DNA of 53,761 bases. Origin: a virus. Its lineage: Duplodnaviria; Caudoviricetes. Where the stretch lies: positions 1-53,761 of the IMG/VR virus record IMGVR_UViG_3300050015_000366. The stretch is one strand, 5' to 3'. Position 1 is the first letter of the stretch; every line of letters begins with the position of its first letter. The position numbers were made by a program, and so were the translations under genes. Shown here piece by piece: positions 33,525-41,948 of the stretch. The notes under the pieces are model-generated. The model did no database searches and was not told where the DNA came from. It saw nothing but the letters and a program-made list of their open reading frames with translations.

Positions 33525-34961
33525 ATGGCAGGACATCTCGAGCACGCAAAGTCGCAGACCGCGCCCGTCGAGCCGCCCGTTCGGCTGCTGATTCCAATCG
33601 TGAAGGTGGACGCGACGAAGCGCCTGGTGCGCGGCGTCGCGACGGCTGAAGTGCTCGACAGCCAGGGCGAGATCGTGGACTACGAGTCCGCGAAGGACGC
33701 CTTCTCGCGCTGGCGCGGCAATGTGCGCGAGATGCACCAGCCGAAGGCCGTCGGCAAGCGGACGGACGTCACCTTCGACGACGCGACGAAGCAGATCGTG
33801 GTCGAGAGCTATATCAGCAAGGGCGCGCCGGACACGTGGGAGAAGGTCCAGGACGGCACGCTCTCGATGTACAGCATCGGCGGGACCGCACGCGAACGCC
33901 GGCCGGAGAAGTGCGGCGATGCCGTCGCATCGCGCCTGTTCGTCAAGGACCTCACCGAGCTCTCGCTCGTCGACAACGGCGCCTGCCCGGTCGCGACCTT
34001 CGACCTGGTCAAGGCCGTCGATGGCCAGCCGACCGAGGTCCAGCCCGAGGATCCGTCCGGCGAGGCGGAGCCGGCCGCCGCGGACACCACGAAGCAGGCC
34101 GCGGACGTCGTGCCTGAACCCTGGGACCTGACGCGCGCCCTCGCCGTGATCGCGCAGCTCGAGGAGCTCCTGGCCGACGAGGCCTGGTCCGCGCGCTATT
34201 CCAGCGATCCGGCCGTGGCCGTGGCCGAGCGGGCCCAGGTGGAGATGCTGCGAACCGCCATCGAGGCCGTCGTGGCGTTCTTCCTCGCCGAGCACGATGA
34301 GCAGTTCACGCTGCCGGCCGCGGGTGACGCCGAGGCGGTCGCGATGTTCGCCCGTGCGGTCATTGCCAAGGCTGGCGCGCGGAACAGCAAGAAGGACCTC
34401 GAAACGATTCAGAAGGTGCACGACCACGCCGTCACGCTCGGCGCGACGTGTGCCACCACGGAAAAGCTGGCGACGCAGGTTGCCACCCCGGCCGCGCTTC
34501 CTCCCGCGGCCCCGGCTCCCGAGCCGACGACACCCGCGTCGCCAGCCCCTCTCGTGAAGGCGGAGGACAGCCCGGTCGTCAAGGCCCTCCAGACCGACCT
34601 CGCACAGGCCACGGACGCGCTCGTGAAGACCACGGCCACGCTCACGGAGCAGCAGGCGACGATCGCCGCGCAAGCGGGATCGATCGCGAAGCTCGAGGCG
34701 TGGGTCGAGACCTTCAAGCAGCAGCCGTTGCCGGGCGGCCCGGTCGCGCGGGTCGTGACGGTCGAGAAGACGCTGGGCGGACCGCCGGCTGGCGGCGGCG
34801 CCGAGATCGACCCCGCCGCGATGGAGGCCGCGTTCAAGGCCCTCATCGCCGCGGCCCCGACGGCGGTCGAGAAGGACCGGATCGTCCAGCAGTACATCAA
34901 GTGGCAGCAGGACAGCGGCGTGACCGCGGTGAAGCTCGAGCGTCGAGCCCACCTGCAGTAA
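33525..34961 (+). CDS. prohead protease fused to scaffold
   Basis: RLVRGVAT, DSQGEIVD, VREMH, YSIGG, LTELSLVD; coiled-coil C-terminus. Confidence 0.85.
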   Translation: MAGHLEHAKSQTAPVEPPVRLLIPIVKVDATKRLVRGVATAEVLDSQGEIVDYESAKDAFSRWRGNVREMHQPKAVGKRTDVTFDDATKQIVVESYISKGAPDTWEKVQDGTLSMYSIGGTARERRPEKCGDAVASRLFVKDLTELSLVDNGACPVATFDLVKAVDGQPTEVQPEDPSGEAEPAAADTTKQAADVVPEPWDLTRALAVIAQLEELLADEAWSARYSSDPAVAVAERAQVEMLRTAIEAVVAFFLAEHDEQFTLPAAGDAEAVAMFARAVIAKAGARNSKKDLETIQKVHDHAVTLGATCATTEKLATQVATPAALPPAAPAPEPTTPASPAPLVKAEDSPVVKALQTDLAQATDALVKTTATLTEQQATIAAQAGSIAKLEAWVETFKQQPLPGGPVARVVTVEKTLGGPPAGGGAEIDPAAMEAAFKALIAAAPTAVEKDRIVQQYIKWQQDSGVTAVKLERRAHLQ

Positions 34962-35011
34962 CGGCCCGTCCCTTTCGCGCCGCCCTTGAGGGGGCGGTCA
35001 GGAGCTGAGTC

Positions 35012-36388
35012 ATGGAACCCATCGATGCCGCCCTCGCCAAGGTGAAGGAAATCCTGGCCGGGTCGCCGTCCGCCGACTTCATCCCCGGTGTCCGCAAGGA
35101 CATCACGACCTCGACTGGCCTCGTGGCCTACAACCTCGAGCCGGCCGCCCGCCTGCTCGTCCCGATGACCACGCCGCTGCGCAACCGCATCCCGCGCGTG
35201 AACAACACCCGCGGCGGCACGGCGGCGCACTGGAAGCTCATCACGGCCCTCGACAACGCGCGCACGGACGTCTTCACGGCCGAGGGCACCAAGGCCGGCA
35301 CCATCAGCATCACGACCGCCGACAAGTCGGCGACGTACGCGACGATCAGCAAGGGCGACAACATCACGTTCCAGGCCGTCAAGGCGGCGCTGTCCTTCGA
35401 GGACGCGCTGGCGAAGATGCCGCTGCGGCTGCTCAAGGACGTGATGATCGACGAGGAACGCGCGATCATCGGCGGCCGGATCGCCGCGCTCGGCGCCGTG
35501 GCCGCGCCGACGTGCACGCCGATCACCACGGGCGGCACGATCATCGACACGACCTACTACGTCGTGTGCCGGGCGGTCACCGCGATCGGCCGCGGGAAGA
35601 AGTCGGCGACGGCGACGGCGGTCGTCACCACGGGCACGGACCACCTGAACAGCATCGGCTGCCACTCCGCCTACGTCGAGGGCGCCGTGAAGTACGAGTG
35701 GTACGTCGGGACCGTGGACGATGGCTCGGAGAAGCTCGAGGCGACCACCTACACCAACTCCGTGAACCTGACCGCGATCGCGGGCACGGGCGCGACGCTG
35801 CCGGCGGACAACTCGGCCGACGCGAACGGCTTCGACGGCCTGCTCGCGCTCCTGACCGCGGCCAACGGCGCCTACGTCCACACGCTGGCCACCGGGGCGG
35901 ACGGCGTCGGGACGAAGCTGGCGCTGTCGGACCTCGACACGATGTTCCAGTCGCTCTGGGACAGCTCCAGGGCGAATCCGGAGGTCCTCGAGGTCGCGTC
36001 GCAGCAGGCGATCGACATCACCAATCTCGTGCTGGCGGCCAACGGCGGCCCGACGCTCTACGTCGCCTCCGGCGACAAGACGGAGATCGGCGCGGTCACC
36101 GGCGGCTACCGGGTGACCCACTACATCAACAAGGTGACGGGGCGCCCCGTGCAGCTCGAGGTCAACCCGTACATGCCGAAGGGCACGCTGTCGGCGCTGT
36201 CCTTCGAGATCCCGTTCTCGGCGAGCGAGATCACGAACGGCATCGAGGTCGAGACGCAGCAGGACTACCTGCAGATCGACTACCCGATCGTCGCGCCGAA
36301 GTACGAGAAGGAGGTCTTCGTCATCGAGGTCCTCAAGCTCTACTTCGCGCTCGGCTGCGGCGTGATCCGCAACATCGCCAACGGGTAA
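35012..36388 (+). CDS. major capsid protein
   Basis: GLVAYNLE...TPLRNRIPRV, FDGLL, C-terminal GVIRNIANG; follows the protease and precedes a hairpin. Confidence 0.85.
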   Translation: MEPIDAALAKVKEILAGSPSADFIPGVRKDITTSTGLVAYNLEPAARLLVPMTTPLRNRIPRVNNTRGGTAAHWKLITALDNARTDVFTAEGTKAGTISITTADKSATYATISKGDNITFQAVKAALSFEDALAKMPLRLLKDVMIDEERAIIGGRIAALGAVAAPTCTPITTGGTIIDTTYYVVCRAVTAIGRGKKSATATAVVTTGTDHLNSIGCHSAYVEGAVKYEWYVGTVDDGSEKLEATTYTNSVNLTAIAGTGATLPADNSADANGFDGLLALLTAANGAYVHTLATGADGVGTKLALSDLDTMFQSLWDSSRANPEVLEVASQQAIDITNLVLAANGGPTLYVASGDKTEIGAVTGGYRVTHYINKVTGRPVQLEVNPYMPKGTLSALSFEIPFSASEITNGIEVETQQDYLQIDYPIVAPKYEKEVFVIEVLKLYFALGCGVIRNIANG

Positions 36389-36400
36389 GGCTCCAGGAGG

Positions 36401-36433
36401 CGAGGGCGGGGGACCTCAAGCCCCCCGCCCTCG
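36401..36433 (+). terminator. GC-rich hairpin after the capsid gene
   Basis: cgagggcggggg...cccccgccctcg inverted repeat; no U-tract. Confidence 0.5.
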
Positions 36434-36442
36434 TGACACACG

Positions 36443-36742
36443 ATGCGATTCCGTCATCCGTTCCTCGTCTCGGGCGTTGTCGCACAGGGCGGCCAGTCCT
36501 GGCCCGTTGAGGCTGGCGTGATCGACGTCCCTGAAGACGTCGGCCGGACCGAAGGCTGGCAGCGGGCACCGGCCGCGCCCGTGATGCCAACGGTCGCTGA
36601 ACCCGAGCCATCCGCCGAGGCAGTGTCCGAACCCGAGCAGGCGGACGTGCCGAGTCCGGAGGTATCCGAACCAACGCCGGCGGCGGACATCGAACCGCCC
36701 AAACCCGATCGCAAGACGCGGCCCTTCCGCGCGAAAGGATAG
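36443..36742 (+). CDS. hypothetical head-region protein
   Basis: Pro/Glu-rich C-terminus, located after the capsid gene. Confidence 0.55.
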   Translation: MRFRHPFLVSGVVAQGGQSWPVEAGVIDVPEDVGRTEGWQRAPAAPVMPTVAEPEPSAEAVSEPEQADVPSPEVSEPTPAADIEPPKPDRKTRPFRAKG

Positions 36743-36747
36743 CGACC

Positions 36748-37539
36748 ATGAAGCGACTGCAGACGGGCCTGATCCTCGCCGGCCTGGTGGCCATGCTGAT
36801 GGCGGTCACGTGGGCGGCCCCGACCGACCAGGCGATCCCGCGCCGCACGACCGTGACCTGTCCGGACACGGCGCCGTACGTCTACTACAACACCAGCGAC
36901 CTGCTCTGGCACTGCACCGACACGCCGGTGCTGGCCAGCAACGCGGCCTTCCCGGCCTACGGGACGACCACGACCCCGCTGACGACGTCGACCGCCAACA
37001 AGAACTTCCTCGGCTTCTGGGTCCAGTCCACCGCGACGACCGGCGACGCCAGGGGGATGTACTTGCGGCTCTACCTGTCCGGTGGGGGCAGCGGCGAGGC
37101 GGGCCGGTTCTACACGACCATCAACAACGGGACCGTCGCGGTCGGCGGCACCGTGAACGGCGCGCACATCAGCCTCAATGCGACCGGGGCGAGTGCGGCC
37201 GTCTCCGGGTCAGCCAACGCGGTCCGCGCGACGCTCGACCTGGCCTCGACGGTCGGGGCGATCGGCGGCACGCTGGCCGTCATCAGGGCCGACACCAACA
37301 TTGCGACCGGCCCGACCGTTCCAGCCACAACGGCGTTCATGGCCTTCGACAACGCCGGCACGCAGAAGCTCGGCTACCTGTTCAACATCACGAACCCGGA
37401 CACGTCCGCGATGTTCGTGAACGCAGGCACGGGCGCCCAGTCCTGCGGGGTGTCGACGGGCGCGGTCGCTAACAAGGTCCTGAAGATCACCGTCGGCGGC
37501 GTCAACTACTGGCTGCCGCTCTGCTCGAGCAATTCGTAA
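36748..37539 (+). CDS. beta-rich protein with signal-peptide-like N-terminus (head fibre/decoration candidate)
   Basis: MKRLQTGLILAGLVAMLMAVTWA then Gly/Thr/Ala-rich body ending KVLKITVGGVNYWLPL. Confidence 0.6.
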   Translation: MKRLQTGLILAGLVAMLMAVTWAAPTDQAIPRRTTVTCPDTAPYVYYNTSDLLWHCTDTPVLASNAAFPAYGTTTTPLTTSTANKNFLGFWVQSTATTGDARGMYLRLYLSGGGSGEAGRFYTTINNGTVAVGGTVNGAHISLNATGASAAVSGSANAVRATLDLASTVGAIGGTLAVIRADTNIATGPTVPATTAFMAFDNAGTQKLGYLFNITNPDTSAMFVNAGTGAQSCGVSTGAVANKVLKITVGGVNYWLPLCSSNS

Positions 37540-37552
37540 CCGGAGCCTGACG

Positions 37553-37756
37553 ATGCTGGGACAGCGACTGAAGACGGCGGCGGAGGAGGGCCTGGTCTGC
37601 GGCGTCAAGTGGGCCGTGGCGATCCTTATCGTCGCCGTCGTCATCGCCTGGGCGCTCGGGGATTACGCCGTTGTGAGACAGCGGTCGCTCAACGGCCAGG
37701 TCGCGTTCGAATGCTGGCAGCATCCGCAGGCCTGCCAGGCGCCGGCAGGAAAGTAA
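37553..37756 (+). CDS. small membrane protein
   Basis: Single TM helix. Confidence 0.5.
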   Translation: MLGQRLKTAAEEGLVCGVKWAVAILIVAVVIAWALGDYAVVRQRSLNGQVAFECWQHPQACQAPAGK

Positions 37757-37759
37757 CCG

Positions 37760-38359
37760 ATGCCGACTCCCTCTCCCGCTGCCGCCCCCGCTACCGCCGC
37801 GACGACCCTCGTGTCGCTCGACGCCTTCCGCGCGTGGATGCGCGTGGAGGAGGCCGACGACTCGAAGGACGAGCTCCTGGTGACGGCCGCGGACGCGGCG
37901 TCGGCCGAGCTCGAGCAGGGAACCTCGCTCATCTTCGTGACGCGGTCCGTGACGGACACCCTGGACGGGAACGGAAGAACCGACCTGTGGCTGTCGCGCC
38001 GGCCGATCGTGTCGGTCACGAGCGTCACGGCCGACGGCGTCCTGGTCGATCCGAGCCTCTACGTGCTCGACGCGAGGATGGGGCGCCTGCGCATGAAGTC
38101 GGGCGCCTGGTCGTGCGGCATGGCGAACATCGTCGTGGTCTACAGCGCCGGCTACGGGGCGCAGGACGCGGCCACGCTGCCGGCCGATGTCAAGCGGGCC
38201 TGCCTCGACCTGGCCAAGGCGATCTTCGACGAGCTCGTGAGCGGCGCGCTGACGCTCTCGTCGGTCTCGATGGGCCCCGGGTCGATGGTGCTCAAGACGG
38301 GGCAGATGCCGCCGAGCGTCGAGCGGGTCTTCGACCGCTGGCGCGAGACGCGGGTGTAA
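37760..38359 (+). CDS. head-tail adaptor (gp6/gp15-like)
   Basis: LVSLDAFRAWM...DELL, V-x-YSAGY, LPADVKRACL. Confidence 0.8.
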   Translation: MPTPSPAAAPATAATTLVSLDAFRAWMRVEEADDSKDELLVTAADAASAELEQGTSLIFVTRSVTDTLDGNGRTDLWLSRRPIVSVTSVTADGVLVDPSLYVLDARMGRLRMKSGAWSCGMANIVVVYSAGYGAQDAATLPADVKRACLDLAKAIFDELVSGALTLSSVSMGPGSMVLKTGQMPPSVERVFDRWRETRV

Positions 38360-38361
38360 CG

Positions 38362-38994
38362 ATGATCGAGATCACCTGCGACACCGGCGTGCTCACCGCG
38401 AAGCTGGCCGCGGCCTCGGCCGAGGCGGGCAAGCGCCTGCTCGCGCGGATGAAACCGATCGGCGCGCGCCTCCACAACATCGTGCAGCGGGAGAAGATCG
38501 CGCGGGGCGGTCTCCTTGAGCCGCGCACGGGCAATTTGCAGCGGTCGATCCAGTCGGCGGCGAACAACCCCGGGGCGACGACGGTCCAGGGTGACACGCT
38601 CGCCACGCGCGTCTGGTTCGACCCGGCGATCGCCAAGTACGGCGCCATCCACGAGTACGGCGGGGCCATCGTCCCGAAGCGGTCGCAGAACCTCGCGATT
38701 CCGCTCCCCGCCATGAAGACCGGCAACGGCGTCACGGCGCGTGAGGTCTTCGCCAACCCGCAGGCGTTCGGCTTCAAGCACGTCTTCGTCGCGAAGAACG
38801 TGATCTTCGGCTGCCAGGGGCACGGCGCGCGCGGCATGGTCACCACGGTGCCGCTCTTCGTGCTCAAGCGGAGCGTCGTCATTCCGGCGCGGCGGCCGCT
38901 GCGCTCGACGCTCGAAGGCTCGCGGGAGTGGATTGCCGGAGAAATCACCGCCGCGACGCAGGAAGTCGTGGCCTGGCTGGAGTCGGCATCATGA
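38362..38994 (+). CDS. tail completion/neck protein (HK97 gp10 / Mu G-like)
   Basis: RTGNLQRSI, YGAIHEYGG, IPARRPL. Confidence 0.75.
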   Translation: MIEITCDTGVLTAKLAAASAEAGKRLLARMKPIGARLHNIVQREKIARGGLLEPRTGNLQRSIQSAANNPGATTVQGDTLATRVWFDPAIAKYGAIHEYGGAIVPKRSQNLAIPLPAMKTGNGVTAREVFANPQAFGFKHVFVAKNVIFGCQGHGARGMVTTVPLFVLKRSVVIPARRPLRSTLEGSREWIAGEITAATQEVVAWLESAS

Positions 38995-39491
38995 CCGCGC
39001 CGACCTTCCCGCTCGCGATGCCAGTCCGCCTGGCCGTGCTGCACTCGATCGCGGAGGCCCTGCGTTCGATGGGGCCGCAGACCGGGTGCTACTTCCAGGT
39101 GACGCGCGAAGAGGACGTCACGCTGGACAGCCGAGTCCTGGCGGACGCGAAGAGCCTGCCGGCGTTCGTCGTGCAGCCGGCGCCAGGTGGGACGCGGGAG
39201 TTCCAGCCGGCAAATCGGATGAAGGAGACCTTCCCGGTCCTCATCTCCGGCCGCGTGGACGCCACCGGGATCTCGGACATGGCGCGTCGCATCACCGCGT
39301 TCGAGCTGCTCGTCGCAGACCTCGAGCGCGTGCTCACGATCGACATCACGCGGGGCGGGATCGCGGTCGACACGCGGGCGCAGTCGCCGCGCGAGCCGTA
39401 CGTGGACCCCGACCCGGTCAACACGGTTTACATCGAGCAGCCGGTGGACGTCATCCTCCGGCGCATCTACGGCACGCCCGAGGGGAGCTGA
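38991..39491 (+). CDS. putative tail terminator
   Basis: Size and position before the tail tube; LPAFVV, DITRGG. Confidence 0.6.
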   Translation: MTAPTFPLAMPVRLAVLHSIAEALRSMGPQTGCYFQVTREEDVTLDSRVLADAKSLPAFVVQPAPGGTREFQPANRMKETFPVLISGRVDATGISDMARRITAFELLVADLERVLTIDITRGGIAVDTRAQSPREPYVDPDPVNTVYIEQPVDVILRRIYGTPEGS

Positions 39492-39493
39492 GC

Positions 39494-39766
39494 ATGTGGC
39501 ACCGCAGCCGATTGACGGACGCCATCGAAATCCGCGCCGGCGAGGCGAGCCGGACGATCGCGCCGGGCCAGCGCGTGGACCTCGCCGCCGAGATCCTCCC
39601 CGGCGTGCCGCTCGCGCAGGTCGTAAAGCTGGAGTGGTTCGAGCCGGAGATCGACGACTCCGGCGCCGGCCACTCGGGCGACTTCCAGGACTTCGGTGCC
39701 GAAACGCCGGTCACCCTCCACGGAATCGAGGCCGACCACGAGGCGGACCAGGACGGGAACCGATAA
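39494..39766 (+). CDS. hypothetical protein
   Basis: GGGGAG SD, acidic C-terminus. Confidence 0.5.
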   Translation: MWHRSRLTDAIEIRAGEASRTIAPGQRVDLAAEILPGVPLAQVVKLEWFEPEIDDSGAGHSGDFQDFGAETPVTLHGIEADHEADQDGNR

Positions 39767-39797
39767 CACCGCGGCGCAGACCGCAGGAGCGTAGCAG

Positions 39798-40952
39798 ATG
39801 ACAAACTGGACTCTCGGACGCACCGGACTGGTCTACGTCGCCGAAGAAGCGACCTACGGCACCGCGCCGACGTTCGTGGCGACGAACGCCTTCCGGCACC
39901 TCAACATCAACCTGCCCTACAACCCGAAGAACCGGGTCGACAGCCCGGCTCGGTGGGCGGACCCGGACATCCGCGCGCGGCTGCAGCGCCGGAAGACGGG
40001 CAGCTTCGACATCAGCGGCCTCTTCTACCCGTCGGGCACGCTGAACACAGTCCCCGAGTGCGCGCCGTTCCTGAAGAACGGCCTGGGCGCGGTGGCCTCG
40101 GCGGTCGCGAGCTCGACCGTCTCGGCCTCGCCGGCGCCGTCGACGACGGGCTGCACGGTGGCCTCGGCCACGAACTTCGTGGTGAACACCTTCATCACGA
40201 TCACCATCGCCTCGGGGGCCTCGGCCGGCACCTACGTGCGGTTCCTGACCGGGATCGCGACGAACGCGCTGACCTGGGCGCCCGCGCTCCCGGCCGCGCC
40301 GGCGTCGCTCGACACGGTCAAGAGCGGCGTGACCTACTCGCTGGCGACCGACCTGCCGAAGTCGCTCGACATCGCGCACTACGCGGCGAACCAGAACCGC
40401 GAGCAGCTCGGGTGCGTCGTCGACAAGATCACGATCACCCTCGACGCGAGCCAGGAGCCGCGGATCCAGATCACTGGGCCGTCGCAGGGCTTCGCGGCCT
40501 CGGCGCAGGCGAAGCCCGGGTCGTTCACGACCGTCGGCACAGACGCCGGGATCCCGAGCGGGCTCTTCGGCGCGCTGCTCGTCGGCGACACCTCGCTCGA
40601 CTTCCTGAAGCTGGTCCTGGAGATCAACAACGGGATGGACCTGCAGCAGACGAACTTCGGGACGCAGGGCGCCGTCGCGTTCTACCGCAAGACCAGGCGA
40701 ATCATCAACCTCTCGCTCGACACGATGGTGAGCGACCAGCTCACGCTCAAGACGGCCTCGGAGGCCACGACCGACAAGGCGATCTTCGCGCAGTGCGGCG
40801 TGACCGAGGGCAAGCAGGTCGCCATCTACTGCCCGGTGACGCAGTGGGACGTGCCCGACACGCCGGACAGCGACGAAACCAACCAGTGGGCCTTCAAGGG
40901 CCGCGCGATCGGCGTCTCGGGCAATGACGCCTGCTACGTCGGGATCTGCTGA
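39798..40952 (+). CDS. major tail tube protein
   Basis: EEATYGTAP N-terminus, GCVVDKITI, LEINNG...RIINLSL; AGGAG SD. Confidence 0.8.
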   Translation: MTNWTLGRTGLVYVAEEATYGTAPTFVATNAFRHLNINLPYNPKNRVDSPARWADPDIRARLQRRKTGSFDISGLFYPSGTLNTVPECAPFLKNGLGAVASAVASSTVSASPAPSTTGCTVASATNFVVNTFITITIASGASAGTYVRFLTGIATNALTWAPALPAAPASLDTVKSGVTYSLATDLPKSLDIAHYAANQNREQLGCVVDKITITLDASQEPRIQITGPSQGFAASAQAKPGSFTTVGTDAGIPSGLFGALLVGDTSLDFLKLVLEINNGMDLQQTNFGTQGAVAFYRKTRRIINLSLDTMVSDQLTLKTASEATTDKAIFAQCGVTEGKQVAIYCPVTQWDVPDTPDSDETNQWAFKGRAIGVSGNDACYVGIC

Positions 40953-41118
40953 CGCGGCGGCGGTTCTCTCTTTCGGCCTTTCGCGCTCGCTGAGGCCGGG
41001 CTTGTCGGGGCGTCCTTCCCGGCGGCTCGGCCTCCCCACAGCAGGGCGCTCCTGACAGGGTGACGGATTCTCGGCACGGCCGATACACGGCCGTCGCCCA
41101 CAACGTCAGGAGCGTCAC

Positions 41119-41703
41119 GTGGCGAAGAAGAAGCTCGAGCGGTTCATCCCGACCACCTTCCCCCTCGACGGGGATCTTCTCAACATCCGCGTGCGCCGGT
41201 TCACCGAGGCCGAGCTCCTCGAGGAGAAGCGGCTCCGCGAGAACGTCGTCAAGGGCGACGACGGCGCCCCCGTGCCCGATGTCGAGACCATCAAGGCGCG
41301 CGCGCTCGAGAACGCGAAGCGGATGGTCCGCGAGTACGTCGTCATCGAATCCGGCGAGCTCGACGACGCGAACGACAAGCCGATCACGACGGGCGCGCAG
41401 CTGCTCAACGCGATGCCCGGCCGCGAGGACGTGACGTTCGGCCTGATGCAGCTCGTCTTCGCCGAGAACCAGCTCTCCGAGGGCCAGCGGCAGGATTTTC
41501 GGCGGGCAGTCGGTTCCGCGCTTGGTTGGCCGGTGTGGAGCGGCAAACCAAATGGGGCCGAACCGGCTCCGACTGCCGAAAGTGCCAGGCCGAAGGACTC
41601 CAGCGAGAGCGCGGCTGCGCCGTTGCCCGAGACGCCACACGCGGACGGATCGTCTGGAGCGACGGCGGACTCCACCTTCGGCGCTGCCCCGTCCGAAGCC
41701 TGA
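41119..41703 (+). CDS. tail assembly chaperone (G-like)
   Basis: Between tube and tape measure; AGGAG SD before GTG. Confidence 0.7.
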   Translation: MAKKKLERFIPTTFPLDGDLLNIRVRRFTEAELLEEKRLRENVVKGDDGAPVPDVETIKARALENAKRMVREYVVIESGELDDANDKPITTGAQLLNAMPGREDVTFGLMQLVFAENQLSEGQRQDFRRAVGSALGWPVWSGKPNGAEPAPTAESARPKDSSESAAAPLPETPHADGSSGATADSTFGAAPSEA

Positions 41704-41948
41704 CGCCGAAGACCGAGTTCGCGCTGGACTGGTTCCACGCGACGCACACGGTCACGGCGCAGGGGTTCACGGCGGTCTGGAGCCTGGTCGCGATGCCGAG
41801 GGCGGGCGGGGTGGGCGACCAGGATGCGTGGTTGTGGGAGGCGCTGATCGCGCTGAGAGACGTCCACAACACGATTCTGCGGGAACGCGAGAAGCAGCAA
41901 GCGGAGAAGCCGACGAAGGGACGAGCGAAGACGGACGCTGATGGCTGA
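41493..41948 (+). CDS. -1 frameshift extension of the tail chaperone (T-like)
   Basis: G-GAT-TTT at 41493-41499; the -1 frame is open to 41948 and overlaps the tape-measure start. Confidence 0.65.
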   Translation, partial: GFSAGSRFRAWLAGVERQTKWGRTGSDCRKCQAEGLQRERGCAVARDATRGRIVWSDGGLHLRRCPVRSLTPKTEFALDWFHATHTVTAQGFTAVWSLVAMPRAGGVGDQDAWLWEALIALRDVHNTILREREKQQAEKPTKGRAKTDADG

